DNA of 64,000 nucleotides. Source: Gammaproteobacteria bacterium. GTDB lineage: Bacteria; Pseudomonadota; Gammaproteobacteria; Eutrophobiales; Eutrophobiaceae. The first letter of the stretch is position 1. Each line of letters opens with the position of its first letter. Below are positions 1-9,451 of the stretch, in pieces. The stretch is taken from positions 224,001 to 288,000 of the forward strand of contig CBDCTH010000004.1 of the NCBI GenBank assembly GCA_965222155.1, in the 5' to 3' direction. The position numbers and the translations under genes were made by a program. A model generated the notes under the pieces. It worked only from the letters and a program-made list of their open reading frames with translations, made no database searches and was not told the DNA's origin.

Positions 1-57
1 ATTTTGAGCGCGTGGCTGACAAAACCAAGCCGCTGTAATCGCCTGTAAGCGATTTAA

Positions 58-157
58 GGGAACCTCTAATAATAGACATTTTTCGATACACAGGGTCGCT
101 AACTTATTGAAATCATTGACCGCTAATATATCAATTTGTGAATAAATAGAGGTTCCC
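58..157. mobile_element. 100-bp MITE with terminal inverted repeats and TTAA target-site duplication
   Basis: Ends GGGAACCTCTA (58-68) and TAGAGGTTCCC (147-157); TTAA on both flanks (54-57, 158-161); no ORF inside. Confidence 0.75.
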
Positions 158-627
158 TTAATTTGACTACCCTCTTGTCCTGCTATTGTCTGATTCGGGC
201 TAATTCGCCGGACTGGATGCCGGGGCCGCGAGGCAGAATCCGATCCAGGCATTCGTCACGCACGCGCCCGGCGGATGCAATCGGTGGCAGGCCGCGACGC
301 GCACGCTACGCTTCTTCAATCTCCAATTTTCTACCCGTCTCAGTGCCTGACAATGGGCGGACAGGCCATAATGGACAGGTTATCACCGTACCGGCAGCAG
401 TCATGGCCTGGCCGGGATACAGTCGCGCCGGGGGGATTTACCGGACGCTGCCATGCCGGAAAATCTGCCTGAAGAGCCACAACGTATAAGGTAACGAATG
501 GTTATCCGGCGGCCCGGCGTTGGCGTCCAGTGAGCCGCATTCGGTGGTGTTCGCATCATGGGAAGACGCGCAAGACGAAGCACGCTGGCGGCTATGCGAT
601 TGGCCGCGTGCGCGTGGTGATTATCGG

Positions 628-715
628 AAAGCATGAATAGATGCTCAGCACGCTCGCGCTCGGAGATAAAGTCTGAGCGGCGGGTAGAGGGCTTTACTGT
701 CCGCGCTGGGTGAGT
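628..715 (-). pseudogene. Degenerate second copy of the MmeI-like gene 3' end
   Basis: Minus strand reads RRSDFISERERAEHLFML, versus RRSGFASERERVEHLFML at about 3329-3389; the DNA aligns by eye. Confidence 0.65.
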
Positions 716-869
716 TGAATTTTCGCGATGTCGTCGGATGTGATAGATGGATGCGCGGGGGGAAATGCCCCTTTTCTCTACTGGCGGTCTGGGAGGTCGT
801 GTGTTACTGACTGTATTATCACGTGATCTCTATTACCCCCAACTTGAGGAGAAAATCATGAGTTTAGCA

Positions 870-985
870 GCAGTTCCCGCTAACTCCCGTGAGCTGGGGC
901 ATCCTGTCCTCGTGGAGGGCGAGACGCCCTCCCTCCCAGGGGAAATGCCCGTGACTCCTGGGGGACAGATTTAAATCTGTCCCCT
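870..985. repeat. Composite REP-like repeat (GAGGGC hairpin plus GGGGACAGATTTAAATCTGTCCCC palindrome)
   Basis: Near-identical copies at 13680-13795 and 26704-26822; partial copies at 6820-6862, 38308-38332, 50723-50748, 52944-52960. Confidence 0.85.
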
Positions 986-1129
986 CCACACAAGAACAGT
1001 ATGCGGGGGACACTCAAGCAGGCCGGGTGGAGTGATACGAGACGGGCGGAGATTCTATCTGGACAGTCCTTATAACAGATATAAAAAAGTATGCGGTTGC
1101 CCTGGTCTCGTCATTCCGGCGCAGGCCGT

Positions 1130-1362
1130 CAAGAATAGAAAACCAGCTGTATAACTCAGTGCGTCATTCCGGCGCAGGCCGGAATCCAGTTAACAAACCA
1201 ACCTTCTACCATAAGGAACCGTCTTTTTCGACTGGATTTGCATCCTACGCTCCGTTGACGGCACATCCCCCTGCTTACAGCCTGCAGGGGCAGGCTATGT
1301 GCCACTACTCGGCCTGCGCCGGAATGACGATAACCCGGATTCTAAAGTATGCGTTCGCCCTG
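1130..1362. mobile_element. MITE/REPIN-like repeat with GTCATTCCGGCGCAGGCCGGAATCCAG hairpins, carrying a 28-nt insert at 1269-1296
   Basis: Reverse-complement match to 49035-49240, which lacks the insert. Confidence 0.75.
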
Positions 1363-1531
1363 ACCACGTTAATCTGCCCGGTATGGTTCAAATCCGGCGT
1401 GAGCGAGCGATAACCTACCCTATACAAGGGTAAACCATGGTTCATTGCTATGGAGTAAGGCACTACAAACAGACAGAATGCGCCTTGAATGCCCGTTTCA
1501 AATCTCTAACGCGGGATTGGGGTTTAGGAAT

Positions 1532-1548
1532 TGATTGCAATGCAATCA
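1532..1548. promoter_or_regulatory. Putative FitA/VapB autorepression operator
   Basis: Perfect inverted repeat TGATTGCA-a-TGCAATCA about 45 nt upstream of the RHH antitoxin start. Confidence 0.5.
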
Positions 1549-1591
1549 TCATGTAGTATCTTGGATGTTTAATCTCGATAGAGGCATGGTT

Positions 1592-1837
1592 ATGGCAAGC
1601 ATCACAATTCGCAATCTGGATGATAAGGTAAAGACACGTCTGAGGATACGCGCAGCCGGACACGGGCGCTCGATGGAAGAGGAGGCTCGCCTCATACTGG
1701 CCGAGGTGGTCGAGCAGGAATTGGCGCCCGAGAAAGGATTCGGGACAGCGCTGCATGAACTCTTCAAACCTCTTGGCGGTGTTGAACTGAAGTTGCCGCC
1801 TCGCGAGCCGATGCGGGATCCACCCCCGTTTGAGTAG
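1592..1837 (+). CDS. FitA-like ribbon-helix-helix antitoxin
   Basis: MASITIRNLDDKVKTRLRIRAAGHGRSMEEEAR signature; directly upstream of a PIN toxin. Confidence 0.9.
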   Translation: MASITIRNLDDKVKTRLRIRAAGHGRSMEEEARLILAEVVEQELAPEKGFGTALHELFKPLGGVELKLPPREPMRDPPPFE

Positions 1838-1844
1838 TTCGGCA

Positions 1845-2267
1845 ATGTTCATTCTTGATACCAATATCGTCTCAGAGGTGATGCGTAATATCCCAAGTCC
1901 GGAAGTTATGGCCTGGCTGGATGAGCGTCCCATACACGACTTATACGTGACCGCCGTGACTCAAGCAGAAATTCTCACCGGTATAGCATTCCTGCCTGAG
2001 GGTAGACGGCGAAGCGAACTTACCAAAGCAACCGAGCATGCTTTTAACAGTCTGTTTAATGGACGATTGCTACCTTTCGACAGTGCGGCCGCACATACTT
2101 ACGCAGAAATTGTTTCAGCCCGTCGCAGTGCCGGGCGACCGATATCTCAGTTTGACGGACAGATTGCTGCGATAGCACGGTCGAGAAATATGGCTGTCGC
2201 AACGCGCAATGTGGCGGATTACGGAGGTTGCAGCATCACTGTCATTAACCCATGGAGCGACAGATGA
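1845..2267 (+). CDS. vapC: VapC/FitB PIN-domain toxin
   Basis: ILDTNIVSE, FDGQIAAIA and ATRNVADY PIN motifs. Confidence 0.92.
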   Translation: MFILDTNIVSEVMRNIPSPEVMAWLDERPIHDLYVTAVTQAEILTGIAFLPEGRRRSELTKATEHAFNSLFNGRLLPFDSAAAHTYAEIVSARRSAGRPISQFDGQIAAIARSRNMAVATRNVADYGGCSITVINPWSDR

Positions 2268-2428
2268 ATACTGCGGTTGTCAAGGATGCTGAAACCTGTA
2301 AAAAAATGACGGCATTGGCAGCGTATGCCGAAAGTGTACAAAGTATCAGGCAGGCCATACCCGAACAAGGACGGCCGCTGAAGGAATTCACCACTGAGTT
2401 TGAAGCCAGGAACGGTATTACTCGTTGA
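2264..2428 (+). pseudogene. C-terminal remnant of a Phd/YefM-like antitoxin (54 codons)
   Basis: MNTAVVKDAETCKKMTALAAYAESVQSIRQAIPEQGRPLKEFTTEFEARNGITR resembles Phd C-halves; the N-terminal DNA-binding part is absent. Confidence 0.45.
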
Positions 2429-2887
2429 ATTATGTTGTGGGTGTTGGGGTCGGACCTCTATAACTATTTGTTTTAATTCAATATATATTCCATTTTTGAC
2501 TATTTTTCCCGTTTAAAACACCTATTTTGCTGTCAAAAACGGAGTTTTAACAGTTCAACGCCCCCTAATAGTATGACCCGCTTGATAAATCGCGGTTTGC
2601 TCATGCAGTACTACGATGGGTGGTGTGGCGGATGGGATCCAGCAGAAGGAGATGATTGGCTCCGAGTGACTCCCCCTAACTTCCCGATTTACCCCATGAA
2701 AACCGCCGTTTAAGCGTATAATAGCGCATATCCCATGAGTTTTTTTCTTTATTATTAATAAGTTGTGTCAGATTTATCTGGTCTGACCCCATTCATCCAT
2801 TCATCGTACTACTTCTTCGTACTACTTCTTGCCCTGTTTCTCACTTGTCGGTTATACTTTAAGGCACTAGACAATCGAGGAGAATCC

Positions 2888-3097
2888 GTGCAATTAACAG
2901 CTGTATTGACCCCGGCAACGGAAGGTGGCTTTATCGCCATGAATCCTGAAACCGGAACTCATACACAAGGCGATTCGGTTGAAGAAGCACTTGCCAACCT
3001 GCAAGAAGCAACCGAGCTTTATCTTGAAGAATTTCCTTTGGAGATCTGCGGCAAATCGCTGTTAACGACAATTGAGGTTATGGCTTATACCTCCTGA
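2888..3097 (+). CDS. hicB: HicB-family antitoxin
   Basis: GTG start after GAGGAG; EGGFIAMNPETGTHTQGDSVEEALANLQEATELYLE. Confidence 0.88.
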   Translation: MQLTAVLTPATEGGFIAMNPETGTHTQGDSVEEALANLQEATELYLEEFPLEICGKSLLTTIEVMAYTS

Positions 3098-3311
3098 TTT
3101 ACCCCACCTCTCCGGCAAAGAAACCGTCCGAATTCTCAAAAAGCTTGGATTTGTCGTTGTTCGTCAGCGGGGCAGCCATATTATCATGCGCTGCGGGTCA
3201 ACAGGTTGTGTAGTCCCTAATCATCGAGAGATAAAAGTTGGAACTTTAGCAGGTATTCTTAAACAGGCAGGTGTTACAAGAGAAGATTTTTTAGCGGCCC
3301 ACTTCAAGTAG
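3072..3311 (+). CDS. hicA: HicA-family mRNA interferase toxin (start codon uncertain)
   Basis: LSGKETVRILKKLGF-RQRGSH-VVPNH-GTLAGILKQAG; the expected start position 3087 is ATA. Confidence 0.85.
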   Translation: MRLWLIPPDLPHLSGKETVRILKKLGFVVVRQRGSHIIMRCGSTGCVVPNHREIKVGTLAGILKQAGVTREDFLAAHFK

Positions 3312-6121
3312 CGAGCACATCTTCTCATAAAGCATGAACAGGTGCTCGACACGTTCGCGTTCAGAGGCGAACCCTGAACGACGATAGAGCCGGTCCACAG
3401 CGCGGTCGAGAGCTTGGTGCGCCCGGCGCAGGTTGGGTGGCATGAGGTCAGGGTCGTAAAGTTCGGCCAGTGTTGCGTTTGAGTGGACAGCGCGGGTGTC
3501 TAGCACGGCTTGTGCAAGCGGCTCCAACTTCGATAGGTCTGCGCTTCCCTTCCCAAATCCGGGTGGTGTTGGGAAGGTGTTGTAGACGAGACCGATGGAG
3601 TAGCGGTAGTCGCTCTTGAGCCGCCCGCCGATATGGCGCAGCCAGGCCATGTGCATGGCCGAGGTCAACAACGCGAAATCGGACAGGGTGGCGTTTTCCA
3701 GAACGTGGACGAGGTTGCTAGGAATGGTGGGCGGCTCCAGCCACCCAATAGGCGTATACTCGCGCCGCTCCGAACTGACCCCGGGAACGATCAGAAAAGG
3801 CGCGGTGGGAAGAACATTTACATGGTAGAGTGTTGGTGTTGCCGCCAGCTTTTGCGTGGAGGCGCTCTGGCTGGCTTCCCGGTACGAACGGACCGCGGCG
3901 ATACGTTCCCGCACACGCGGCATCCGCACTAGAGCGTCCGGCGGTGCGTCATGCATGGCGAGTATCCAGCGCTCGCCGCCTTGCAGATATTCGCGGGCGC
4001 CGACAAACGGGTGCAGGTATGGCGCGGCATCTGCTTCAGTTTCCAGAAACGCTGTTCGCTCTTTCGGGCTGAAAATGAAATACCCGCCGTCTATGGGTTT
4101 GGAACCGATAATCAGCTTCCCCATCCCGTTGATCGGCCTGCTTTCCTCACGCACCGTCAGGTGTGGGTCTATAAGCCCGCCAGCATCGAACAGGTAAGGC
4201 GAGAGAATGGCATGACTGGTTTCCTCCGGCGCGCCGTTGATGTCAGGATAGCTGAACAGTCGCCTGTTTGCCTTTGCATTTTCCTGTTTGTCCAGACCGA
4301 TAATTACGACGTGGACATGAGCCTTGCCCCGCGCATCCGACCCCCAGGCAAAGGTACGATGCGCAAAGGCAATCTCCAGCTTGCAACGGTCGTACAGGAT
4401 AGGCCAGAGTTGTCCCACTTGCTCACCCTGGGTGAATGAATTGGTTGAAACAAAGCCAATATGGGCTTTACTCGTCTGAACATACTCTCCTGCCTTGATA
4501 AACCAAGCGGTCACGTAGTCAAGCGTGCCGCCGGTTTTTCCCAGTGCCGCGATCTTCCGCACCTGCGCGCGCTGCTCCGGTGAGCACGACGAGAGGGTTT
4601 CCCTGGCGTCGAGGCGATCTTCCGCACCTGCGCGCGCTGCTCCGGTGTCTGGAACTTGGCTCCTACGAAGGGCGGATTGCCGAACACGAAGGAACACTCT
4701 TGCGCCGGCAGCAATTCCTCCCAATCGATCTCCAACGCGTCGCCGTGGACGATATGCGGCGCCGTCTGTAACGGGATGCGTGCGTAAATCTGGCCGAACT
4801 CCAGACTGAGCCGGTTGTTCATGATGTGGTCCATCATCCACAGCGCGGTTTCCGCAATGCGAACCGGAAATTCATTCAACTCAATACCATAGAACTGGTC
4901 GACGTCAATTTGTGACAGGTCTTGTGCCAGGGCGTCCGTTTGTCCGCTCTGGTGGATTTCCTTCAGCACCTCCATTTCCAGTGTACGCAATTCCCGGTAG
5001 GCGATGATGAGGAAGTTGCCGCAGCCGCAGGCCGGATCAAAGAAACACATCTGTCCCAGTTTTTTCTGGAACCGTTGAAGTTCGGAGAGACGGCGACTGT
5101 CTTTGCGTGATTCCAGACGAGCAAACTCGGCCCGCAGGTCGTCCATGAACAGCGGCTCAATCACTTTCAGGATGTTCTTCTCGGTCGTATAGTGCGCGCC
5201 TTGCGCACGGCGTTGTTTCGGCTCCATGATTGACTGGAACAGGGCGCCAAAGATGGCGGGTGAAATGTTTGACCAGTCGAAGTGGCAGGCATCAAGCAGC
5301 GCCCTGCGCATGGCCGCATCAAAGGCGGGAATACGTAACGGCCCGTCGAACAGGTCGCCGTTGATATAGGGAAACCGGATCAGGTCTTCGTCGCGGGTTT
5401 GCTGGCGTTCGTCTTCGGGCGTGTCAAGCACCTGGAACAGTTCTATGAGCCGGGCGCCGGTATCCGAACCATCTTCTCCTGTACGGGTTTCGAGAAAGTC
5501 GAGGAAGATATCGCGCGGCTCGAAGATGCCGGTATCATCGGCGAACAGGCAGAAGACGATTCGTACCAGGAAACGTTCCAGGTCGTGGCCGCGGTAACCG
5601 GACTCGTAGAGTGCATCATGTAACCGCCCAACCAGTTCGGCAGCCCGGATATTCACCGGGTCCTGGTCGCGGAAGGTGCGGCGCTGCACGCCGAGGATGA
5701 AGCCAAATGCTTCCACGTGTTCAGGCAGGTCATTGAGTGGAAAGGCGACAGTCTTTCGCTCATCCAGGTCATGCAGCTCGAAACTCTGAAAGTCGCTGAC
5801 CAGGATGTAACGTGGTCGCTCACTCTCTTTCACGGCGTCGAAGTATTCACCGGCCTGGTCGTAAGCGTCAGCGAGATCGCGACCTGCGCTCTTCTGCTCG
5901 ACGAGCAACACCCCCGGCCAGAACAGGTCGATAAATCCCGAGTGGTTGTCCAGCTTTTTCACGTGCTGTTCGTAGCGCGCGACCGAGCGACGCTTGACCC
6001 CGAATATCTCAAAGAAGTCGTTATAGAAGCTCTGGGTATCACTACGCTCGCGCACCGTGTTCCACCACTCTCGCCCAAAGGCGGCGGCGCGTACACGAAC
6101 TTCATTCCAGGAAAGGCGCAT
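3291..6121 (-). pseudogene. MmeI-like type IIL restriction-modification enzyme, frameshifted by a 65-nt insertion
   Basis: N-terminal nuclease FIDLFWPGVLLVEQKS, motif I FDPACGCGNF, motif IV GNPPF, C-terminal LAELYDPDLMPPNLRRAHQALD; split into ORFs 6121-4511 and 4841-3291. Confidence 0.9.
4549..4647. repeat. 34-nt perfect direct repeat flanking a 31-nt unique insert
   Basis: GCGATCTTCCGCACCTGCGCGCGCTGCTCCGGTG at 4549-4582 and 4614-4647; insert AGCACGACGAGAGGGTTTCCCTGGCGTCGAG. Confidence 0.95.
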
Positions 6122-6261
6122 CAGTTTTCACCACTCGATGGGCGTTGATTATACCAGTTATGCCCAAGCGCCAGGACGCTCCGCGTCAAGTCGCTTTTAC
6201 GCCTTCATTGAAACCTACAATGGTCATGATCTTGGTTATCTCCTCATTGAGCAGGGCTTAG

Positions 6262-6378
6262 CCCGGATTTCGCATCAAGCGCAGTCTGTAATGACGGGAT
6301 ATTGAGAATATTACCATAACTTATTGACAGCACATTGACGTTTCCGATAGAAGCTAGCGACCTGGTGAGAAATCCGGG
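6262..6378. mobile_element. 117-bp MITE, CCCGGATTTC family, TTAG TSD
   Basis: TIRs CCCGGATTTC / GAAATCCGGG; TTAG at 6258-6261 and 6379-6382. Confidence 0.85.
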
Positions 6379-6707
6379 TTAGCCAGGATACATGGTAAAA
6401 CCCGCCCGAGTCCCGATGGAACACCAAGCCATACTGTACTCGAACACCTACAGGATCTTCGTACCGTGGCCCTGTTAAACCGTGCCGGGATATGGCAGTC
6501 AACTCAACCCCGCATCTTAGCTGAAATGCGCAGCCGTCAGCGAGAGGATGCTCGAAAGCTCAAGGAATTCCGCCAAAGCGTGGTGAAAGTGCGCACTCGC
6601 GCTGACCAGCCTCTCAACCTGAACAGTGCATCGAACAAAGAGCTTCAGCGAATCCCCGGTATCGGCCCGAAAACGGTAGAGGCTATCACGCCTTACGTTA
6701 CGATAAG

Positions 6708-6891
6708 GTAACTTCTCAATAACCTCGTGCATAAGGTATATTGCGCACCCCGAGAGCTGAAGGCGCCGGGTTATTCAGAAGTGACGGCGATACCATTTAT
6801 TATTCATTGCCCGGAACGAGGGCATCTTGCCCTCGTCGAGGGCGGGACGCCCTCGCTCCCAGGTAAATGTATGGGGTTATTGAGAAGTTAC
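6708..6891. mobile_element. 184-bp MITE with 17-bp TIR and 8-bp TSD, containing a REP hairpin
   Basis: GTAACTTCTCAATAACC / GGTTATTGAGAAGTTAC; ACGATAAG at 6700-6707 and 6892-6899. Confidence 0.88.
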
Positions 6892-7003
6892 ACGATAAGG
6901 ACTGAATAATCACTGTCCCCGAAGACCGGAGCTGGCTATATATCAGCAACATTCGGTGGGAAATCCGGGTTAATACTGTAAAATTAAGTTCGAGGCAACG
7001 TAA

Positions 7004-7204
7004 ATGAATACTACAAAAGATATTGAGAAAGCCGTTGTATTGTTGTCAAAATCGGAATTAACCAGATTTCGTATCTGGTTCACCGAGTTTGATTCGGAGA
7101 ATTGGGACATGCAAATAGAGACTGACGTAGACTGCGGTCACCTTGAAAAGTTAGGGCAAGCCGCATTGAAAGCACACAGCGACAAAAAGACGATAGAAAT
7201 TTGA
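7004..7204 (+). CDS. Putative antitoxin partner of the ParE-like toxin
   Basis: IEKAV-LS-ELTRFRIWF-WDMQIETD-GHLEKL pattern; overlaps the downstream toxin start. Confidence 0.7.
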   Translation: MNTTKDIEKAVVLLSKSELTRFRIWFTEFDSENWDMQIETDVDCGHLEKLGQAALKAHSDKKTIEI

Positions 7205-7455
7205 GACATTACGCGACCCCCGGGTTTTGGGAAATTTTTGATAAATTGCCTGGGCACGTGCAAGATACTGCCCGAAAGAACTATACCTTGTTAAAAGAAA
7301 ATCCGCGACACAACTCTTTACGATTCAAAAAAATAAAGAACTTCCGCTCTGTCAGGGTTGGTTTAAATTACAGAGCACTCGGCATCGAATCAAACTCGGA
7401 TATAGTTTGGTTTTGGATAGGAAGTCATGCCGATTATGATAAGCTCATCAGTTGA
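7201..7455 (+). CDS. ParE/RelE-like toxin
   Basis: FWEIFDKLP-LLKENPRHNSLRFKK-SVRVGLNYRALG-WFWIGSHADYDKL. Confidence 0.8.
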   Translation: MRHYATPGFWEIFDKLPGHVQDTARKNYTLLKENPRHNSLRFKKIKNFRSVRVGLNYRALGIESNSDIVWFWIGSHADYDKLIS

Positions 7456-7748
7456 CGAAACGTTAAAAACTTTGCCGCGCTGTTCCTTAAATTACACTTT
7501 CATTATGGCCAGACAATAACTACAACACGCTTAAAAAATAATGCTTTCGATGAGCAATTGGAGAGTTTTCTGCCCGCGAACTTTGACAAAGAAAAAGAAC
7601 AAATAGTGAAAACAGGTATCAGAGATGGGGAAAATTATGTTGGATTTGATACTCAGGGAGAGTGTTGACAGGCGATGATCTGCATACTATTGTGCTACTG
7701 CCTGGTAACTACCAGGCACTACTTGGAATAGATGGATATGGAGAGAAT

Positions 7749-7920
7749 CATGAACTACGAACTCATTACCATAATCACTACTATTGTGCTGGCTTGGGGG
7801 TCGTTGGCTTGGTCTATATGGTCAAGCCACAAGGACATTCACAAAGACATCGGTGAGTTAAGAGAACGTATGGCCCGCCTGCAGGGTATGTTTGAGGGAT
7901 TCACCGGCAGGCCGCAGTAG
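7749..7920 (+). CDS. Small protein with one TM segment and a coiled-coil tail (start approximate)
   Basis: GGAGAG RBS; MNYELITIITTIVLAWGSLAWSIW-IGELRERMARLQGMFEGF. Confidence 0.5.
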
Positions 7921-7958
7921 TTACACCGGACTGGAATGGCCTTGACCTGACAGGAAGA

Positions 7959-9326
7959 TCAGGCGCCCTCGATATCAAAATCATCCAGTTTGACCTCGCG
8001 CATGGTGGCCCGGTGGTATTTATCCTCCCGGGGTAACGGTACGGTGGCATCGATACCCAGCCGCGTCCACTTGTCGTTCTCCACCATGGGGTTCAGGCGG
8101 TGGCCGATGGAGTCGGGGATGGGCAACAAGTCCCGGTCGAAGCGGCAGCGGGTCTGTACCGCCCAGTCCACATCCGCCAGGCTGAAGATGTCCACGTCCG
8201 TATCCACCACGGTGACCGTTTTCACAAAAGCGAGAGAAACAAAAGCGGCCATGATGGCGTTGCGCTGGCTACCCTCGTGCTTCTTGTCAATCTGCACCAC
8301 CAGGTGGTAGGGCACGCTGCCGTCGGAGAAATGTACCGCCGTCACCTCCGGCACCAGGCTGTGAATTTTATCGTAAGCCCCGGCGCCGGCGATGAGGCCG
8401 TAGGCGTTGTAGACTTCCTTGCCGGAAAGGATGGAATGGAAGATCGGTTGCCGGCGCCGGGTGATAGCGGAGACTTCGAACACCCAGCGGTCATCGACGC
8501 CGGCGTAGTAGCCCGTCACCTCTGCGTAAGGGCCTTCCGGTTCCCTGACATTGGGTAGTATTTTCCCTTCAATGACGAACTGGGCATCGGCCCAGGCCTC
8601 CACCCCCACGGTCTGCGCCTGGATTAACCTGACCGGCGCGCCGTGCATCTGGCAGGCAATACCGATTTCATCCATCTCCATCGGCGCTGCGGAGGCCGGC
8701 GCTGCGGCCGCCATGCTCATGGCATAGTCCGCCCCGTTGTTGACGGTGAGTTCCAGGGGCTGTCCCCTGGCCTCGGCCCGTTTGAAATAGTCCATTAAAT
8801 GGCCCAGTTCCTCCAGCAACAGGGTAAAGCGGTTTTTCCCCGTCACCATCATGCGATGGATGGACAGGTTGCGCACCCCCGTGTCAGGGTCTTTGGCGAT
8901 GACGACACTGGAAGTCAGGTAAGAGCCGCCGTCTCCTTCGGCATGGTGCGGTATCGGCAAGGTGTAAAGGTCAGGGTCGGTCTCGACTACCTCATTGGCC
9001 GGGCCTTGTTTTATCACCACGGGCTCGATGGGGTTTCGGCGCCAGGCGCGGATATCGTCGGCCAGCGCGAACGGCAGCCGGGCGCTGGTGGTTTGAAAAA
9101 ACTTCGCCAGAAAGTCGCGGTTCCAGTACAGGCCGATCAGCACCGGATACTCCCGGCCCTTGACGTTCTCGAACAACACGGCTTTGCCGCCCTCGAATTT
9201 ACGGGCAATCCCGGCCAGTTCAAAGTCGGGGTCGACTGCGCTCTTCACCCGGATTAAATGGTTGTGCCGCTGCAGGAATTCAACATAGGATTGCAGGTCG
9301 ATAAGCTTGCGTTTCGCCAGGTCCAT
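7959..9326 (-). CDS. UbiD-family prFMN-dependent (de)carboxylase
   Basis: KAVLFENVKG, KDPDTGVRNLSIHR, EPEGPYAEVTGYY, VVDTDVD, RLGIDAT. Confidence 0.9.
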   Translation of the reverse strand: MDLAKRKLIDLQSYVEFLQRHNHLIRVKSAVDPDFELAGIARKFEGGKAVLFENVKGREYPVLIGLYWNRDFLAKFFQTTSARLPFALADDIRAWRRNPIEPVVIKQGPANEVVETDPDLYTLPIPHHAEGDGGSYLTSSVVIAKDPDTGVRNLSIHRMMVTGKNRFTLLLEELGHLMDYFKRAEARGQPLELTVNNGADYAMSMAAAAPASAAPMEMDEIGIACQMHGAPVRLIQAQTVGVEAWADAQFVIEGKILPNVREPEGPYAEVTGYYAGVDDRWVFEVSAITRRRQPIFHSILSGKEVYNAYGLIAGAGAYDKIHSLVPEVTAVHFSDGSVPYHLVVQIDKKHEGSQRNAIMAAFVSLAFVKTVTVVDTDVDIFSLADVDWAVQTRCRFDRDLLPIPDSIGHRLNPMVENDKWTRLGIDATVPLPREDKYHRATMREVKLDDFDIEGA

Positions 9327-9451
9327 GATTGTTCTCAGTAAAGTTTCAGTTCATATCAATATTGCCGGTCATCAGTTCGCCCGTCAACCTTACATTCCGG
9401 GGTCAAGTGCTCGTCGCCCGCAACGAGCGCAGAATGCCCCGGGGCCGCGCC

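Larger units (their letters stand above)
6150..6909 (+). pseudogene. Thermonuclease-like plus ComEA helix-hairpin-helix protein, 5'-truncated and interrupted by two MITEs
   Basis: RFYAFIET-DLGYLLIEQGLARI|HGKTRP-LNRAGIW and LNLNSASNKELQRIPGIGPK; the frame is restored by removing each MITE with one TSD copy. Confidence 0.7.

Noticed and set aside
163-620. ORFs 163-489, 275-472, 401-634
   Set aside because: No recognisable motifs or RBS; probably decayed coding DNA that I cannot assign.
4549-4647. Calling this a bona fide CRISPR array
   Set aside because: Only two repeats, the repeat is MmeI coding sequence, and there is no leader or cas gene in the window; kept only as a possible ectopic integration scar.
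7490-7667. Open AT-rich stretch reading LHFHYGQTITTTRLKNNAFDEQLESFLP..
   Set aside because: Possibly a gene fragment, but it has no start context or recognisable family.
1400-7950. Integron cassette array
   Set aside because: Many small TA genes, but no integrase and no convincing RYYYAAC...GTTRRRY attC structures; orientations are mixed.
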